A stretch of DNA of 64,000 bases from assembly GCF_037042905.1 (NCBI RefSeq), contig NC_087254.1, forward strand, positions 2,666,001 to 2,730,000, given 5' to 3'. The stretch comes from Lytechinus pictus (lineage: Eukaryota). The notes beneath the pieces were generated by a model. The model was not told the origin of the DNA, ran no database searches, and saw only the letters and a list, made by a program, of their open reading frames with translations. A program made the translations under genes and the position numbers. Positions 61,960-64,000 of this stretch are shown here, in pieces; position 1 is the stretch's first letter; each line of letters starts with the position of its first letter.

Positions 61960-63060
61960 CACTTTAATCTTTTCGAGGAGTTTTAATATATGATATAGAT
62001 GTGAGTGAGATAGGTCGGTAATTTTTAATTGAAGACCGTTTGCCACTCTTATGCAGAGGGATAACATGAGCAGCTTTCCAATCATTCGGTACAGTGCCTA
62101 GATTCAAACTGAGATTAAAAATGCGAGTTAGAATGGGGACAACTGAATTGTTTTTGAACATCTGCATTTTCAATCTTAATTTGTGAGAAAGGAGTTATAC
62201 CAACATGTTGGGCATTACAATTATTGGACAAGTCATAAATATCGGAAACAGGTCCAGTACAATCAGAAAATTTGCTACAGAAAAACTCATTAAATGCCTT
62301 TGCGATCATATCAGCAGAATCATACGAGTTACCATTAGAAACAAAGTTGTTAACATTAGAAGTTCGACGTTTCGCCTTAAAGGAACAATTGAAAAAAGAG
62401 TTTCATCAAAATCGGTTATGAAATAAGCAAGTTATGGACGTTTAAAAAGTCTTTTGTACTTTCTATGGGGATCCTCAAATTGGCAAACGTGCTTCAAAAT
62501 CAAATGGCTTATTTTGTGGACAACTCTCCATTTGTTTTGTACACAAATTTTCAGATTTTCCTCATTATCTTTCAAATTGCATCTTGCCTCCTTCTGAGCA
62601 CAACATATGAAATGGGAAAATATAATTCACATCACATATGTCAAGGTCAGGAGATAATGTGAAATATGTAAAATAAAGGGGTATATCTGAAAATCAGTGT
62701 ACTAAACAAATGGAGAGTTGTCCACAAAATCAGCCATTTTGAAGCACGTTTGCCAATTTGAGGATCCCCATAGAAAGTACAAGATTTTTAAACGTCCATA
62801 ACTTGCTTATTACATAACCGATTTTGATGAAACTTCTTTTAATTTGTTCCTCTTATTTAACTCTTTCCAATAAGATTGCTTCTCTCTTTGGATTTTGGTT
62901 TCCTTTATCGAACGACCAAAACCGTTTCGGATCATTGTTGGCATTGATGGCAAGGTTGTGTACGTAGTCATTGCATGAATATTTACAAATGCGCTTCACT
63001 TCTCGAGAAATCTCTTGATATTTAGTCCAGAGTTTCTTGTTTTTTTTTAAAGCAAATGTG
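61960..63060 (-). mobile_element. CR1-type LINE ORF2 fragment split by a MITE
   Basis: NDPKRFWSF..., FNEFFCS.F, NLSL..GTVPNDWKAAHVIPLHKSG...NYRPISLTSI. Confidence 0.8.
62381..62904. mobile_element. Kolobok-like palindromic MITE
   Basis: TTAA|agg ... cct|ttat; long inverted arms related to 14534-15136. Confidence 0.75.
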
Positions 63061-64000
63061 ACTTTGAAATGTGACAGAAATTGTCATGTTGAAAATCGTG
63101 ATATAATGATTTTTATGAATTATTGTATGCTATAGGCCTATATCATATGTATTTTGTGTATGCAACGACCATAATGTGGCCTCTAAAAAAATCAAAGAAA
63201 ACATTTTTCTGTTATACATTCATTGGGATCAAAATCCCAAATCATTAAGTAAAGAGAAGCGGTTCATGTAATTTTTTGAGAAATAGAGAATAATAAAAAA
63301 AAAAAAAATGATTAGCCAGCGACTTCATAAGTAATACAAAAAGTGAACCTGATTATCTATAAAAGAATTCTGAAAAATAATCCGTCAAAATAATATATAT
63401 TTTAGTTCCATTTATTTTTAGTTCAATTTATTGATTTTCTCAGCACAGAAATGTTATAAGATATGTAAAAAAATGACAAATAGCATGTATTCGAGCAAAA
63501 CAGAAACCCTAGAAAAGTTGTTAAAAAAATTGTGAGTAGTAGGCCTCAGTGTTGATGAATGCGTATCTGACGGATAAAAATGGTCGAAATCATCAATATA
63601 TTGGTTAGAAACTAATGGAATGTTTGTTGATATTGAGCATTTTTATCGGTCGGATACATAACTCACCAGCAGATGGGTTATTTTGATCAATCCGTTTTAC
63701 AAGTATATGTACTCTTTTATGAATGATGTGTTTAAAGTAGTAAAACATATAGAAGTTATAATGCAAATGTATATTTGAAAATATTTCTTTTTGCAACGTC
63801 AGGAATAACAATGCTCACTCAAAAAGAGGGAAATATTAATTTGCACTCATTATCCACTCCTTTTGATGTTTACTCCTTCCTAATGTAATGTTGGCATGGC
63901 TATAAAAAAATACGGTATAATTTGCACCAAGCGGATCAGAGCATGCCGGAATCTTCCCTTTTCGCCTCTTGTTTTTATCTTCCATTCCTTTGAGGAACAA

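Overview
Eukaryotic, AT-rich and transposon-dense animal DNA. A sea urchin or other echinoderm is likely, inferred from repeat types and gene content. The left ~10 kb holds a complete 9-coding-exon folliculin (FLCN) gene on the minus strand (558 aa), with one GC-AG intron. The remaining ~50 kb is mostly nested, degraded mobile elements. These are four Ty3/Gypsy LTR retrotransposons, several CR1/L2-type LINEs, two tRNA-derived SINEs, many MITEs, and a 2.06-kb non-autonomous Transib-type element with RSS-like CACAGTG ends. There are also three separate Maverick/Polinton (adintovirus-like) endogenous virus remnants, which together preserve traces of pPolB, packaging ATPase, integrase chromodomain, minor and major capsid and cysteine protease. 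Two intact, intronless class A GPCR paralogues (~90% identical) sit in this region. The duplicated 2-kb block carrying the first GPCR begins and ends exactly at the AGTAGT termini of two different, divergently oriented Mavericks. All family assignments are by motif recognition only; no database searches were run.
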